In this document: positions 44,418 to 54,400 of the stretch, in pieces
How positions within the stretch are numbered: position 1 is the stretch's first letter
How the letters are laid out: each line of letters begins with the position of its first letter
From: an uncultured Clostridia bacterium
GTDB taxonomy: Bacteria; Bacillota; Clostridia; Christensenellales; UBA1242
NCBI GenBank assembly: GCA_934757825.1
Contig: CAKVLP010000001.1
Coordinates: 366,869 to 430,868, forward strand
Reading direction: 5' to 3'
Length of the DNA stretch: 64,000 bases
Position numbers and translations under genes: made by a program
The notes under the pieces: generated by a model
The model's input: only the letters and a program-made list of their open reading frames with translations
Told to the model about the DNA's origin: nothing
Databases searched by the model: none

Positions 44418-44464
44418 ACACACTTTTTGACAAAAACAAAAATATAAAATATAAGGAGATATAT

Positions 44465-45841
44465 ATGGAACAAAAAGCAACGATGGACAAAATATTAAAT
44501 TTATGTAAAAACAGGGGTTTTGTTTTCCCGGGTAGTGATATCTACGGCGGGTTTGCAAACACTTGGGATTTTGGGCCACTTGGAGTAGAACTTAAAAACA
44601 ATATTAAACGCGCGTGGTGGAAGAGATTTGTGCAAGAGGACAAAAACACTTATGGCGTAGACGCAGCAATTTTAATGAACCCAGTAGTATGGGAAGCAAG
44701 CGGTCACATTGCAAGTTTTGGTGACCCTAAGATGGATTGCAAAAACTGCAAACAAAGATTTAGAGCCGATACACTTATTGAGCAACACAGCAAGGGCGCA
44801 GTGGCAGCAGAGGCTATGACAAACGAGGATATGGAAAAGTACATTGCCGACCACGACATTAAGTGCCCACATTGCGGAGTGAGAGATTGGACTCCTATTA
44901 GAAAGTTTAACCCAATGTTTGTTACATCACGTGGCACACTAGAAGCAGATGCCGACAAAGTGTATTTGCGTCCAGAAACTTGCCAAGGCGAATATGTAAA
45001 CTTCCTTAATGTTCAACGCACAATGAGAGCGAAAGTCCCTTTTGCTATTGCACAAATAGGAAAATCCTTCCGAAACGAAATCACTCCTGGAAACTTTCTA
45101 TTTAGGACAATTGAGTTTGAACAAATGGAACTTCAAAAGTTTTGCCGTCACGAAGATGGAATGAAATTTTATGCTGATTACAAAGAAAGAGCACTAAAAT
45201 TTGTAGAGGACGTAGGCCTTAACGCTGAGCATTTGCGTTTCCACGACCACGACAAACTTGCTCACTATGCAAAAGCCGCTTGCGACATTCAGTACTTGTT
45301 CCCAATCGGTTGGCAAGAACTTAACGGAATCCACAATCGTGGCGATTGGGATTTGTCGCGCCACCAACAATATAGTGGAAAGAGTATGTTGTATATGGAC
45401 CCATATACAAACGAGAAATTTCTGCCAAACGTTATCGAGTACTCGATTGGCGCCGATAGACTAACACTTGCAATTATGTGCGAGGCGTACGACGAAGAGA
45501 CGCTTGAGGGGGGAGACTCTCGTGTGGTTATGCACCTAAATCCAGCAATCGCACCCTTTAAGGTGGCTGTTTTGCCATTGCAGAAAAACTTGTCTGAAAA
45601 GGCAAACGAGGTGTTTGCGCTACTTTCCAAAACATTTATGTGTGATTACGACGAGGCGGGAAGTATTGGCAAACGTTATCGCCGTCAAGACGAAATTGGC
45701 ACACCATATTGCGTAACAATTGACTTTGATACACTTGAAGATGGCACAGTTACTGTTCGTGATCGCGACACTATGCAACAACAAAGAATTAAGATTGAAG
45801 ACTTGACCGAATATGTAAAAAATAATGTTCAATTCAACTAA
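44465..45841 (+). CDS. glyQS: glycine--tRNA ligase (dimeric GlyQS type)
   Basis: Start moved to ATG 44465 behind AAGGAGAT. NRGFVFPGSDIYGG near the N-terminus, class II motifs, C-terminal anticodon-binding domain. 458 aa. Confidence 0.9.
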   Translation: MEQKATMDKILNLCKNRGFVFPGSDIYGGFANTWDFGPLGVELKNNIKRAWWKRFVQEDKNTYGVDAAILMNPVVWEASGHIASFGDPKMDCKNCKQRFRADTLIEQHSKGAVAAEAMTNEDMEKYIADHDIKCPHCGVRDWTPIRKFNPMFVTSRGTLEADADKVYLRPETCQGEYVNFLNVQRTMRAKVPFAIAQIGKSFRNEITPGNFLFRTIEFEQMELQKFCRHEDGMKFYADYKERALKFVEDVGLNAEHLRFHDHDKLAHYAKAACDIQYLFPIGWQELNGIHNRGDWDLSRHQQYSGKSMLYMDPYTNEKFLPNVIEYSIGADRLTLAIMCEAYDEETLEGGDSRVVMHLNPAIAPFKVAVLPLQKNLSEKANEVFALLSKTFMCDYDEAGSIGKRYRRQDEIGTPYCVTIDFDTLEDGTVTVRDRDTMQQQRIKIEDLTEYVKNNVQFN

Positions 45842-45904
45842 TTTGTTTGACAAAAACTAAGGATTTTTAATATTATTTTATAGAATTTTAAGGAGGAATA
45901 GAAA

Positions 45905-46198
45905 ATGGCAGAAAAGAAAAATAATTCCAGAAACAGTGGTTGGGGTATCAACAAAATTTCAATGTACACAATGTGCGCTGTTGCAATATTATATTTGGTT
46001 TCAATGGTATTGTCGCTATGTGGCGTAAACTTTAAAGTTGTGACCGCTCTTAAAGACCTTGCAACCGCAATTATGATTTGCATTGTTGCAGTTTTGGCTT
46101 GGAGATATGTGGCTAAAAAGCAAACCGTTTGGAAAGTTTTGTACATCGTTTGCTTGCTACTTGTCGTTGTCGGAATAATCGTTCCACTTGTTAAATAA
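45905..46198 (+). CDS. small membrane protein (97 aa, about 3 TM)
   Basis: Strong RBS AAGGAGGAA. Three hydrophobic segments. Own terminator downstream. Confidence 0.6.
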   Translation: MAEKKNNSRNSGWGINKISMYTMCAVAILYLVSMVLSLCGVNFKVVTALKDLATAIMICIVAVLAWRYVAKKQTVWKVLYIVCLLLVVVGIIVPLVK

Positions 46199-46226
46199 TT
46201 TGATTTAATGAGGGCTTTAAAAACAT

Positions 46227-46258
46227 AAAAAAACGACCTAAAATAGGTCGTTTTTTTG
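46227..46258 (+). terminator. intrinsic terminator
   Basis: A-run, ACGACCTA-aaa-TAGGTCGT, 7 T. Confidence 0.7.
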
Positions 46259-46399
46259 TTGTACTCATCAATATAGATTTGTCAAATTACACTTACTAAA
46301 TTGCGCTCATCGTTTTGTAATTGCTAAGTTTTGTTTATCAAAGTTGTGGGCCAATTAAGTTGTATTCAGGCTGTATTTATTAAATTTCCATTTAACAAA

Positions 46400-47056
46400 T
46401 TATTGTGCTCTAAATAGTGTGTATGCTGTTGCTATAATTCTAACAGTTGTGTTGTTGCCGGTGGTCGTGATTGCTTTGTTAAATTTTATTTCAATTGTGT
46501 AAGTTGCCTTAGATAGTTTGCTTGATTTTTCGCTAGAACTGTCAAAACTTGATGTGTAGTAAAAAGTGTCGTTAGTGTAATGTTTTAGCGAAATTACTTC
46601 GTTTTCGCTATCGTCGCCTGATGGGATTGTTATAAGATAAACGGCTGGTTTTGTCTCCGCCTTTGTAGCAACAGCGTATTTTGTTTTGTTTATGGTCACG
46701 GTGCCTTTATCGGAAAATGCAAAGGTCAAACTTTTAAGAGTGCTGGTTTTTAGTTGGTCGCTTGCCTTGCCGTTGATAAGCGACAATGCGTTTGCGCCGT
46801 CTTTTACGCTTCCTGGTTGTTTTCCAAGCGTTGATTTCCAGTCGATGTCGTCAAAGTATTTAACTAAAAGTTTGTCAAGCGTAATTTTTTCATTGTTAAG
46901 GGTGTATTCGGTTTTGCTTAGGTCGCTTATACCGGCATATGATAGGGTTTTGCCCCACGGTTTTACATATCCTCCGCAAGATGTAAGTAGCACTGCCGAC
47001 AACATCACAAGGCATATCGCAAAACTCACACCAAGGATTCTCTTTAAGTTTTTCAT
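46400..47056 (-). CDS. lipoprotein, unknown function
   Basis: Signal peptide with lipobox MKNLKRILGVSFAICLVMLSAVLLTSCGG. RBS AAGGAGAAAAG on the minus strand. Confidence 0.7.
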   Translation of the reverse strand: MKNLKRILGVSFAICLVMLSAVLLTSCGGYVKPWGKTLSYAGISDLSKTEYTLNNEKITLDKLLVKYFDDIDWKSTLGKQPGSVKDGANALSLINGKASDQLKTSTLKSLTFAFSDKGTVTINKTKYAVATKAETKPAVYLITIPSGDDSENEVISLKHYTNDTFYYTSSFDSSSEKSSKLSKATYTIEIKFNKAITTTGNNTTVRIIATAYTLFRAQ

Positions 47057-47342
47057 GTCTTTTCTCCTTATAGTATCTACATTATATCCGAAAAAACAAA
47101 AAACGCAAACTTTTTACCCAAAATTGTAATTTTGTTTGGCGCGCATTGAAAATAGGGTGTTGTTTGCCAATCTTTTTCAAAATAAAAGGCTGTAAAAAAA
47201 AACACTATAAATGTTATGTTGCCTTTTTAAGATAAGGTTAAAATTCCAACTTTAATAATTGGTGTGAGGCTGTAATTTTTGATTGTAATAAGGATAAATC
47301 TTTGCCCACTAAAAAAATCATAAAGAAATATACAAAAAAAAC

Positions 47343-47397
47343 TTGACAGTTGAATGGTCGTTCAATTATAATACGAACAGTTGAATGTAAATTCAAC
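47343..47397 (+). promoter_or_regulatory. promoter with two ArsR/CadC-type operator palindromes
   Basis: TTGACA (47343-47348), 18-nt spacer, TATAAT (47367-47372). Palindrome TTGAA-tggtcg-TTCAA (47350-47365) lies within the spacer. GTTGAAT-gtaa-ATTCAAC (47380-47397) lies just downstream of -10. Confidence 0.55.
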
Positions 47398-47428
47398 CAT
47401 TTGCATATAATAATTTAGGAGAAATTCA

Positions 47429-47797
47429 ATGGGAAAATACGAATCGATGTGCGATTGTGAGATAATCCACAAAGAAAAAGTTGATATTGCAAAAGATACA
47501 ATGCTTGATGAAGAGACGCTTTTGATTATCGCAGATTTTTACAAGGCGTTGTCGGATAGTACGCGTATAAAAATAATCAATTTGTTGGAGAAAAACGAAC
47601 TATGCGTTTGTGATATTTCAAGCGTTTTGAATATGACAAAATCCGCAGTTTCGCATCAGTTGAAAAATTTGAGAGAACTAAACCTTATTAAGAGTAGAAA
47701 GGTGGGCAAAGAAGTGTGGTACACGCTTGCTGACGACCATGTAAAACAGGTTTTTGATATAAGTTTGGAACACGTTTTGGAGTCGGAAAATGAGTAA
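47429..47797 (+). CDS. ArsR/SmtB-family metalloregulator (CadC-like)
   Basis: ELCVCD metal-site motif and HTH SAVSHQLKNLRELNLIKSRKVGKEVWYTL. 8-nt overlap with the ATPase gene. Confidence 0.8.
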   Translation: MGKYESMCDCEIIHKEKVDIAKDTMLDEETLLIIADFYKALSDSTRIKIINLLEKNELCVCDISSVLNMTKSAVSHQLKNLRELNLIKSRKVGKEVWYTLADDHVKQVFDISLEHVLESENE

Positions 47798-49859
47798 AAA
47801 ATATGGAATTGAAGGGCTAGATTGCCCTAATTGTGCAAAGAGTTTGGAGGCAAAGCTTAACGAACTAGAAAGCATAAATAGCGCAAAAATAAACTTTGTA
47901 AAATCATATATCGAAATAGACTCAGACGATGAAGAGCGCGCCCTAAATGACGCGGTTTTGCTTACTAAAAAACTCGAACCTGACGCAATAATTGTAACCA
48001 AAAAAACGAGCAAAATTTCAAATAAATCGTTGTGGATTGATGTAAGTTTGCTCGCAGTTGGATTGATTTTTGCGGTGTTAATTTTCACAATAAAAATGCC
48101 AACGTGGCTATTCTGGTCGATGTTTGTGGTAAGTGCGCTACTTATGGGATACAAGACCTATTACAAGGCGCTTATGCTACTTTTAAAGGGTGTTGTAAAC
48201 GAAAATTTGCTTGTTACAATCTCGGTAATTGGTGCGACTGCCGTGGGAGAACATTGCGACGGGCTGATGGTAATTGCCCTTTATTCAATCGGAAAAATTT
48301 TAGAAAGCCTTGCTCTTAACAAATCGAAAAAATCTATCGAAGCCCTTACAAATATTAAGCCCGAGTATGCGGTTTTGGTTAATGGTGACGAAGAGGTTAG
48401 GGTGACACCTGCTGAGATTAAAATTGGCGACAAATTGGTGGTTAAAGCGGGCGAAAAAGTGCCGGTAGATGGAGTTGTGGAGAGTGGGGAAGTAAGCCTT
48501 AATACACAAAGTTTGACGGGCGAGAGTTTGCCACAACTTGTAAAACCGTGCGACGAGGTTTTGTCTGGCTCTATCGTGTTAGACGGCGCGGTTTACATCA
48601 AAGCGACAGCAACTTATATGGATAGCACCGTAAGCAAAATTTTGGACTTAATAGAAAATGCGAGCGATAAAAAAGCCAAAGCCGAAACAGTTATTTCCAA
48701 AATGTCTAAGTGGTACACGCTAGGTGTTATGGTGCTTGCCGTCATCGTTTGGGGCGTGGTTTGGGCTGTTAGCGGAAATATTAACACCGCAATCTATCGC
48801 GGACTAATATTCCTAGTTGTTTCGTGCCCATGCGCTTTTGCAATTTCGGTTCCGCTTGCATATTTTTCGGGCATCGGAAATGCGTCGCGTAATGGAATCC
48901 TAATTAAGGGCTCAAATTACTTAGACGTGTTGGCAAAAATAGATACAATCGCATTTGACAAAACAGGCACCTTGACTACGGGCGAATTTGAAATTGTGGA
49001 CGTTAACGCTTTGGACAACGACCTAGATAAGGACGACATAATTTATCTTGCTTCGCTTGGCGAGAGATACTCCAACCACCCACTTGCAAAGGCAATTGTT
49101 AAGGAAAACAAAAAAGACCTAACTAAGGTGGAAAAACTAAAAGAAATCGCCGGAAAAGGCGTTGAATTTGAATACGACGGCGACAAATATTTTGTTGGCC
49201 GATTGAATAAGGACAACAAAAACACCCTTGTAGAACTTTACAAAAACGACGCGTTGATAGGGGAAATAAAACTGAGAGACGCGGTAAAAGAAACGAGCGA
49301 ACATATGCTAAGTCACTTAAAAGAAATGGGCATTAAGACAGCGATGCTTTCGGGCGACAACGAGGAGATTGTAACAAAAGTTGCAAGCGAAATCGGGATA
49401 GACGAAGCGCACGCTAAGATGTTGCCGGAAGATAAATTTAAGTGGATTGAAGAGCAGAAAAACGCTGGTTTTAGCGTGGGATATGTGGGCGACGGTATAA
49501 ACGACGCACCATCGCTAACCCTAGCGGACGTGGGCATAAGCATGGGGCTAAACGGCGCCACCGCAAGCATTGAAGCGTCCGACATCGTTATCGCCAACGA
49601 CAACCCTCAAAAAATTGTCGAGGGCATAAAAATATCGAAATACACCCGCAAAATAGTATGGCAAAACATCGTGGCTTCCGCGGTTATTAAGGTCACGTTC
49701 TTGACCCTTGGCGCATTTGGCGTAACAGGAATGCTAAGCGCGGTAATTGCTGACGTGGGTGTAACACTCCTTGCAATCTTAAACAGCCTAAGAGCACTAA
49801 AATACTCGCCAAAACATAAACACGAACACAAGTCTTGCGACTGTGGTTGTGAAGGATAA
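47790..49859 (+). CDS. cadA: heavy-metal (Cd/Zn/Co-type) translocating P1B-type ATPase
   Basis: N-terminal HMA-like GLDCPNCA, TGES, CPC in VSCPCAF, DKTGTLT, GDGINDAP. C-terminal HKHEHKSCDCGCEG tail. Confidence 0.85.
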   Translation: MSKKYGIEGLDCPNCAKSLEAKLNELESINSAKINFVKSYIEIDSDDEERALNDAVLLTKKLEPDAIIVTKKTSKISNKSLWIDVSLLAVGLIFAVLIFTIKMPTWLFWSMFVVSALLMGYKTYYKALMLLLKGVVNENLLVTISVIGATAVGEHCDGLMVIALYSIGKILESLALNKSKKSIEALTNIKPEYAVLVNGDEEVRVTPAEIKIGDKLVVKAGEKVPVDGVVESGEVSLNTQSLTGESLPQLVKPCDEVLSGSIVLDGAVYIKATATYMDSTVSKILDLIENASDKKAKAETVISKMSKWYTLGVMVLAVIVWGVVWAVSGNINTAIYRGLIFLVVSCPCAFAISVPLAYFSGIGNASRNGILIKGSNYLDVLAKIDTIAFDKTGTLTTGEFEIVDVNALDNDLDKDDIIYLASLGERYSNHPLAKAIVKENKKDLTKVEKLKEIAGKGVEFEYDGDKYFVGRLNKDNKNTLVELYKNDALIGEIKLRDAVKETSEHMLSHLKEMGIKTAMLSGDNEEIVTKVASEIGIDEAHAKMLPEDKFKWIEEQKNAGFSVGYVGDGINDAPSLTLADVGISMGLNGATASIEASDIVIANDNPQKIVEGIKISKYTRKIVWQNIVASAVIKVTFLTLGAFGVTGMLSAVIADVGVTLLAILNSLRALKYSPKHKHEHKSCDCGCEG

Positions 49860-49871
49860 AAGATTGTGAAC

Positions 49872-49902
49872 AAAAAAAAGACCCAAGTTTTGGGTCTTTT
49901 TT
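49872..49902 (+). terminator. intrinsic terminator of the cadC/cadA operon
   Basis: A-run, AGACCCA-agtt-TGGGTCT, T-run. Confidence 0.75.
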
Positions 49903-49999
49903 GTTTTTGTTTGAAAGGATTTAATTTAGTTTTATCATAAGGGTTTTAACTTCCTTATGACGGGCATTATTCAAATTTGCGTTTTCAAATCGCTAAGTA

Positions 50000-50833
50000 C
50001 TAAGCGTGTTTTTTAGGACGGATAAATCTAATATTCCAAAACCAAGGGGAGCGTGCTTCCTTGCCGGCAAGCGACATAATTATAAGCACAATTTTGGTTA
50101 TGGTAGTAAGTACTAGCAAAACAACTCCGGCTATTAGTGACACCATAAGTGCAAGAGTTAGCCAACTATTTTCGCTTTTTAACACATATCCTACCACAAA
50201 CAACGCTACGCCCAAAATGTCGATTAAGAACACTTCAAAGCCCTCGTTTGCGTGATGTCTAACAAAGTTGTTGTTGCGCTTAATTAGTAGCGGTATAAAG
50301 AATAGTATATACGCAAGCCAAGCCACACCTTTGCCTTCTTTTACTTCCTCATCGGTGCTTACTCTTACATATTGCTTTTTGGCTTTTTTGTTTTTCTTGC
50401 CCTTTTTGCCTTTTTCGCCAACAACATACACTGGCTCTTCTTGTTTTGGCTCCTCGGTGATTGCGGTGTTTTCGCTCACGGTAGGGGTGATATAATTGTC
50501 AGGTTCCATATTCATAGCCTCAGGCGTGTCGGTGGAAACAACATTGTCGTTTTGGAAAATCACTTCGTCGCTTGTAGGCTTAGAACCGTCCTTCTGGATA
50601 TCCTTAGCAAGTATGTAATCGTCTAGACGCACCGTCTCGTCCACTTTGGTCTCCGCTACGGCTTTTGCTTCCGCATCGCTCACTTTTTGCTGTTGGGCGG
50701 AATGTAGGCGATTTATGTTGCCAATGGCAGCAAGTATTTTAAGTTTGTCTTCCTTCATTTTGCTTTTGTCTACAAAGTCGTCACTACTTAGCGGAAGGCC
50801 TCCCTTTATTAAATCGTTGTTTTTTTGATCCAT
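50000..50833 (-). CDS. membrane protein with disordered N-terminal half and DUF4870-like C-terminal membrane domain
   Basis: Start moved to ATG 50833 (MDQKNNDL). Low-complexity acidic/Lys-rich N-terminal region (KGKKGKKNKKAKK). C-terminal WLAYILFFIPLLIKRNNNFVRHHANEGF plus two more TM helices. Confidence 0.55.
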   Translation of the reverse strand: MDQKNNDLIKGGLPLSSDDFVDKSKMKEDKLKILAAIGNINRLHSAQQQKVSDAEAKAVAETKVDETVRLDDYILAKDIQKDGSKPTSDEVIFQNDNVVSTDTPEAMNMEPDNYITPTVSENTAITEEPKQEEPVYVVGEKGKKGKKNKKAKKQYVRVSTDEEVKEGKGVAWLAYILFFIPLLIKRNNNFVRHHANEGFEVFLIDILGVALFVVGYVLKSENSWLTLALMVSLIAGVVLLVLTTITKIVLIIMSLAGKEARSPWFWNIRFIRPKKHA

Positions 50834-50910
50834 TTTTCTTATCCTTAAAAATATTTCTTTTTTGCCATTATATATTATTTGCATTTTTTTGTAAAACAAT
50901 TTTTGCCACC

Positions 50911-50947
50911 AAAAAAAAGAAAGCCGTAATTTTTGTTTGGCTTTCTT
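50911..50947 (-). terminator. intrinsic terminator of the 75-aa gene
   Basis: On the minus strand, immediately after the stop: AAGAAAGCC-(13-nt loop)-GGCTTTCTT followed by 8 T. Confidence 0.65.
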
Positions 50948-51175
50948 TTAATAAAACATTCTTCTTTCCATCACATATGGCAGGGTAGTTTTGCTTACTA
51001 GCCTTAAATTTGTGGTGTTTTTGTTTTGAAAATAACTTATAATAGGGTCCTTTGGTAAAACTTTTTTGATTATCGGTCTGGTCGTTGGCTTTGATGCGCT
51101 AACCTTGGTTTGTTTTAGCCCGTTTATAAAACCCTCTATACGTTTTGCGCGGTCTAGATTGCTCGCTTTATCCAT
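50948..51175 (-). CDS. small basic hypothetical protein (75 aa)
   Basis: Strong RBS GAGGGGGAAAT upstream of the ATG on the minus strand. Own terminator. No family recognised. Confidence 0.5.
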   Translation of the reverse strand: MDKASNLDRAKRIEGFINGLKQTKVSASKPTTRPIIKKVLPKDPIISYFQNKNTTNLRLVSKTTLPYVMERRMFY

Positions 51176-51281
51176 ATTTCCCCCTCTTTAAAATGCATTC
51201 TTATAATATTATGTTTTCAGCCTCTTGTCAATACGTAATTTTTAAAAAATTGCTCTTTTTTATTAAACTATGCTTTTTCTT

Positions 51282-51310
51282 TTGACTTAATCTACATATT
51301 TTGCTAAATT
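51282..51310 (+). promoter_or_regulatory. sigma-70 promoter candidate for the giant gene
   Basis: TTGACT (51282-51287), 17-nt spacer, TAAATT (51305-51310). Confidence 0.4.
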
Positions 51311-51417
51311 ATTTATAAAATAAATAAAAAAGCCCTTTGCAGATAGACCATTTTAACCATAAATATTTGAAGTGAAATGGTCTTTTACTTTGTAATACGG
51401 GAGAAAAGGAAACACAT

Positions 51418-54400
51418 ATGACAAGTGGGAAAAAGTTTTTATCATTTTTACTTATTGCGTTAAGTAGCGTTCTTTTTATCGGTTCGCTTAACCTAAAACC
51501 AAGACAAACTTACGCCGAAGGCACGGAGACCAAAATTTCTAGATCTTACTCGACTAGTAATATAGGTGTGGGCGACTACCTGGAATTTGGAGAATATCCT
51601 CAGACCGAACTTAAGAATTTTACCTTTAGAGGTGCCGATTTTGATTTTGAAGAAAGTACTGGCTATTATAAGGCAAAATATAACATTGTGAAAAATGGAG
51701 AAACAATTCTAAAAGAGGGTGAAAAAATTCACATTCTTAGCATAGCCAATAACTACAGTGAAAAATATCCAGTATATATGGCAAACGCCAATGGAGATAA
51801 AATTTCTGGCTCCTCCTATGTCAATGGTGGAACAAAAGGTGAGCGTAATCCTAGAGGGTATGTAAATGATGTGTATAGTACGGGTAGTAAGTGGTATTAT
51901 CAATCCTACTATCATAGCACTAACGAGTATAATACTAGCACCAATTATTATTTTAAAGTAGAACCTATTAAATGGAAAGTTATTGCTAGAGATAGAGACA
52001 ATGGCACTCTTACACTCGCTTCCACTATTGTTCTAGATGCTATGGACTTCAATCTTTTTGATAGTAATGGTAATATGTGGGCAAGTAGTTACCTTAGAAA
52101 CTGGTTAAACTATGGTAGCGAGTATTCCAATTCTATTTATTATTATATGAGTCAAGCGCAAGGAAGAAAATCTGTTTATCGAGTTTATGATGACTACTGG
52201 AGAGCATATTTTACTGAATGGCACGATTGGGGTGCTTATGGAAATGGCAATACGAATTGTGGCAGTTCTAGATACCAGTACAGGAATTCGGCAGCAAACA
52301 CTGACAACTACTTGCCGGCTGGAAAGGGAAGTAGGGGTTCTGTTAAGGATAATTATAAATCGACAGGGTCTTTCTTTAACAGAGCGTTTGTAGGCGCAGG
52401 TGTTGCTGATCGTTTAGTGGCAACAACAACCACAAGCTATGGAAATGCACCAGGCGTGGGTGATTACGCTGTGAAATATAATGACCAAAATGATGTCAAT
52501 AAGAATGGAGTAAAAAGTCAGCAAGTGCAAGACTATGTAAGACTTGTTACCATGGATCAAAAGACTTATAAGGCGGTATCAGGTTATTCAGATTATGCCG
52601 TAGCAAATGGTTTTGTCGCAAACTTTGACACTACTACTCAAGCGAAAAAGACTAGAAAGGTTGTCGAAGGTGGTAAGCGTGGTTACATTTGGACTATGAA
52701 TACTGATGTCAGTGACACTGGGCATCAATATCAGATCTGGTCCTCTCAAGGTAGTATTCACAATGTAAGAAGTGTAGTGGGAATAGATTTTAGAGATAAC
52801 AACTATGGCTATACAGAATATGCAGAATTTACAAATACAAAATATACAGTATCCACGGGAATAAAGGAAGGTAGCTATACTGCTAGGAATTATGGTAAAG
52901 CTCCAGCATACGCCGTAAACTCAATGCAACAGTCGTATGGTGTTGCGCCTCAAATTACTGTTAGTAAAGAAGCTCTTGGCGATTATTTGCTTATTCGTAA
53001 TGCTAGGGATAATGAAACTATTGAAGTTGACGATGGCTTACATGACGTTGCAACGTCAGAAGTAGGTGTAACTTTCTATGTTGGAAAGTTCTTAGCTCCA
53101 TATGCTCCGGGAGTTACTTTAACTAAAATGGAAGACAATGGTAGTTCATATACGGTGGCTGGTAGACTTAATGGTAACGATAAAGGATATATAAAATATG
53201 TAATTTGTGATAATGACGATGCTACAAGAGATTATATTCAGTACCATAAAAAACACCCAAGTGATATACGTAGTTATGGATATGCAAGTTTAGATTCGGG
53301 CGGTAATTTCTCATTTGATGTGTACCGGGGAAGTGGGAAAATGTATATGTTCTATTTAACCGAAGACCTGAAATACGGTCACTTAATCGAGGATAATGGT
53401 GACGCATTTACGCCTAGAGAAAGACAACTTATTCTTTATACATACAATATTGATAGCGCACTTCCATTGACTCCTGATTCCAGCAAGTGGACCGGTGTCC
53501 CATATAGTTTTTTATCAAATGTAAGTTACACTCACAATTTGGGGGACCCTAATACTGGCGCTAGTGGCACAACTGGTAAGTGGTTTAGGACGAAGGAAGA
53601 TGCGGAGAATTATTTGAGGACAGGAAATCCGGCTAATGCTCTTACAAATTACAATATTACTATTCCTGCAAGCACTAGTACCGAGCCTGTATGTTATTAT
53701 AAGGTGGTGGCTGCTAATCCATTCAATGTAAGTATGGCAGCCATAAGCAATTACGATGGTAGTTATTATATAAAAACAAGTGATGGAAACGTTATTTATC
53801 CGAGTGGTGACAACTCTATGTTGTTTAAGGGTAACACCTCAAGGGATTTAATGTTTACAATTGTAATTAAGTACTCACATTTATATAAGGATGGCGCCAA
53901 CAATAATGGGTATTTTTATGATACTGTCAAAAATGAGTTTAAAGATTTACACTATATAATTACGAGACATACAAACACATCAGGAGATGCAACCACCAAA
54001 AACATGATTAAAATTGATTTTGGTGCTGATCCAACAATTGACACTGACGATACCACTAAGAAAATATATAGTCCAAATGATGGCTTTATAGACGCTTCGG
54101 AAGTGGGAGACAATGTTTTCAAGGCCTCGCCTGTAACAATAAAATTCAACCAGAATTCAACGGATTCTATTGTAAAAGAGGTCGAATATCAAATTATAAT
54201 TCCACAAGTTTGTTGTAATGAAGGATATGACTTCCAACTAAAAAAACAATCTCAAAACAAAAATTTGAGCAAATATACTATTAAATTTGACACATCTGAT
54301 GCTAGAAATGGTGATAATAGTGATAAAGTATACTTTGACACTAAAGCTACTATCAATGGTAATGCTAAGGATCAAACTATTTCTGGAATTTCACATGATG

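Noticed and set aside
44171-44490. Minus-strand ORFs of 100 and 79 aa, and the 36-codon N-terminal extension of glyQS (start 44357).
   Set aside because: These are Phe/Ile-rich translations of an AT-rich spacer. GlyRS homology and the AAGGAG RBS point to the ATG at 44465.
46686-47129. 147-aa + strand ORF antisense to the lipoprotein gene. Also the 158-aa minus-strand ORF 47678-48154 antisense to cadC/cadA.
   Set aside because: The opposite strands carry genes with clear signatures (lipobox, ArsR HTH, P-type ATPase). No RBS is present.
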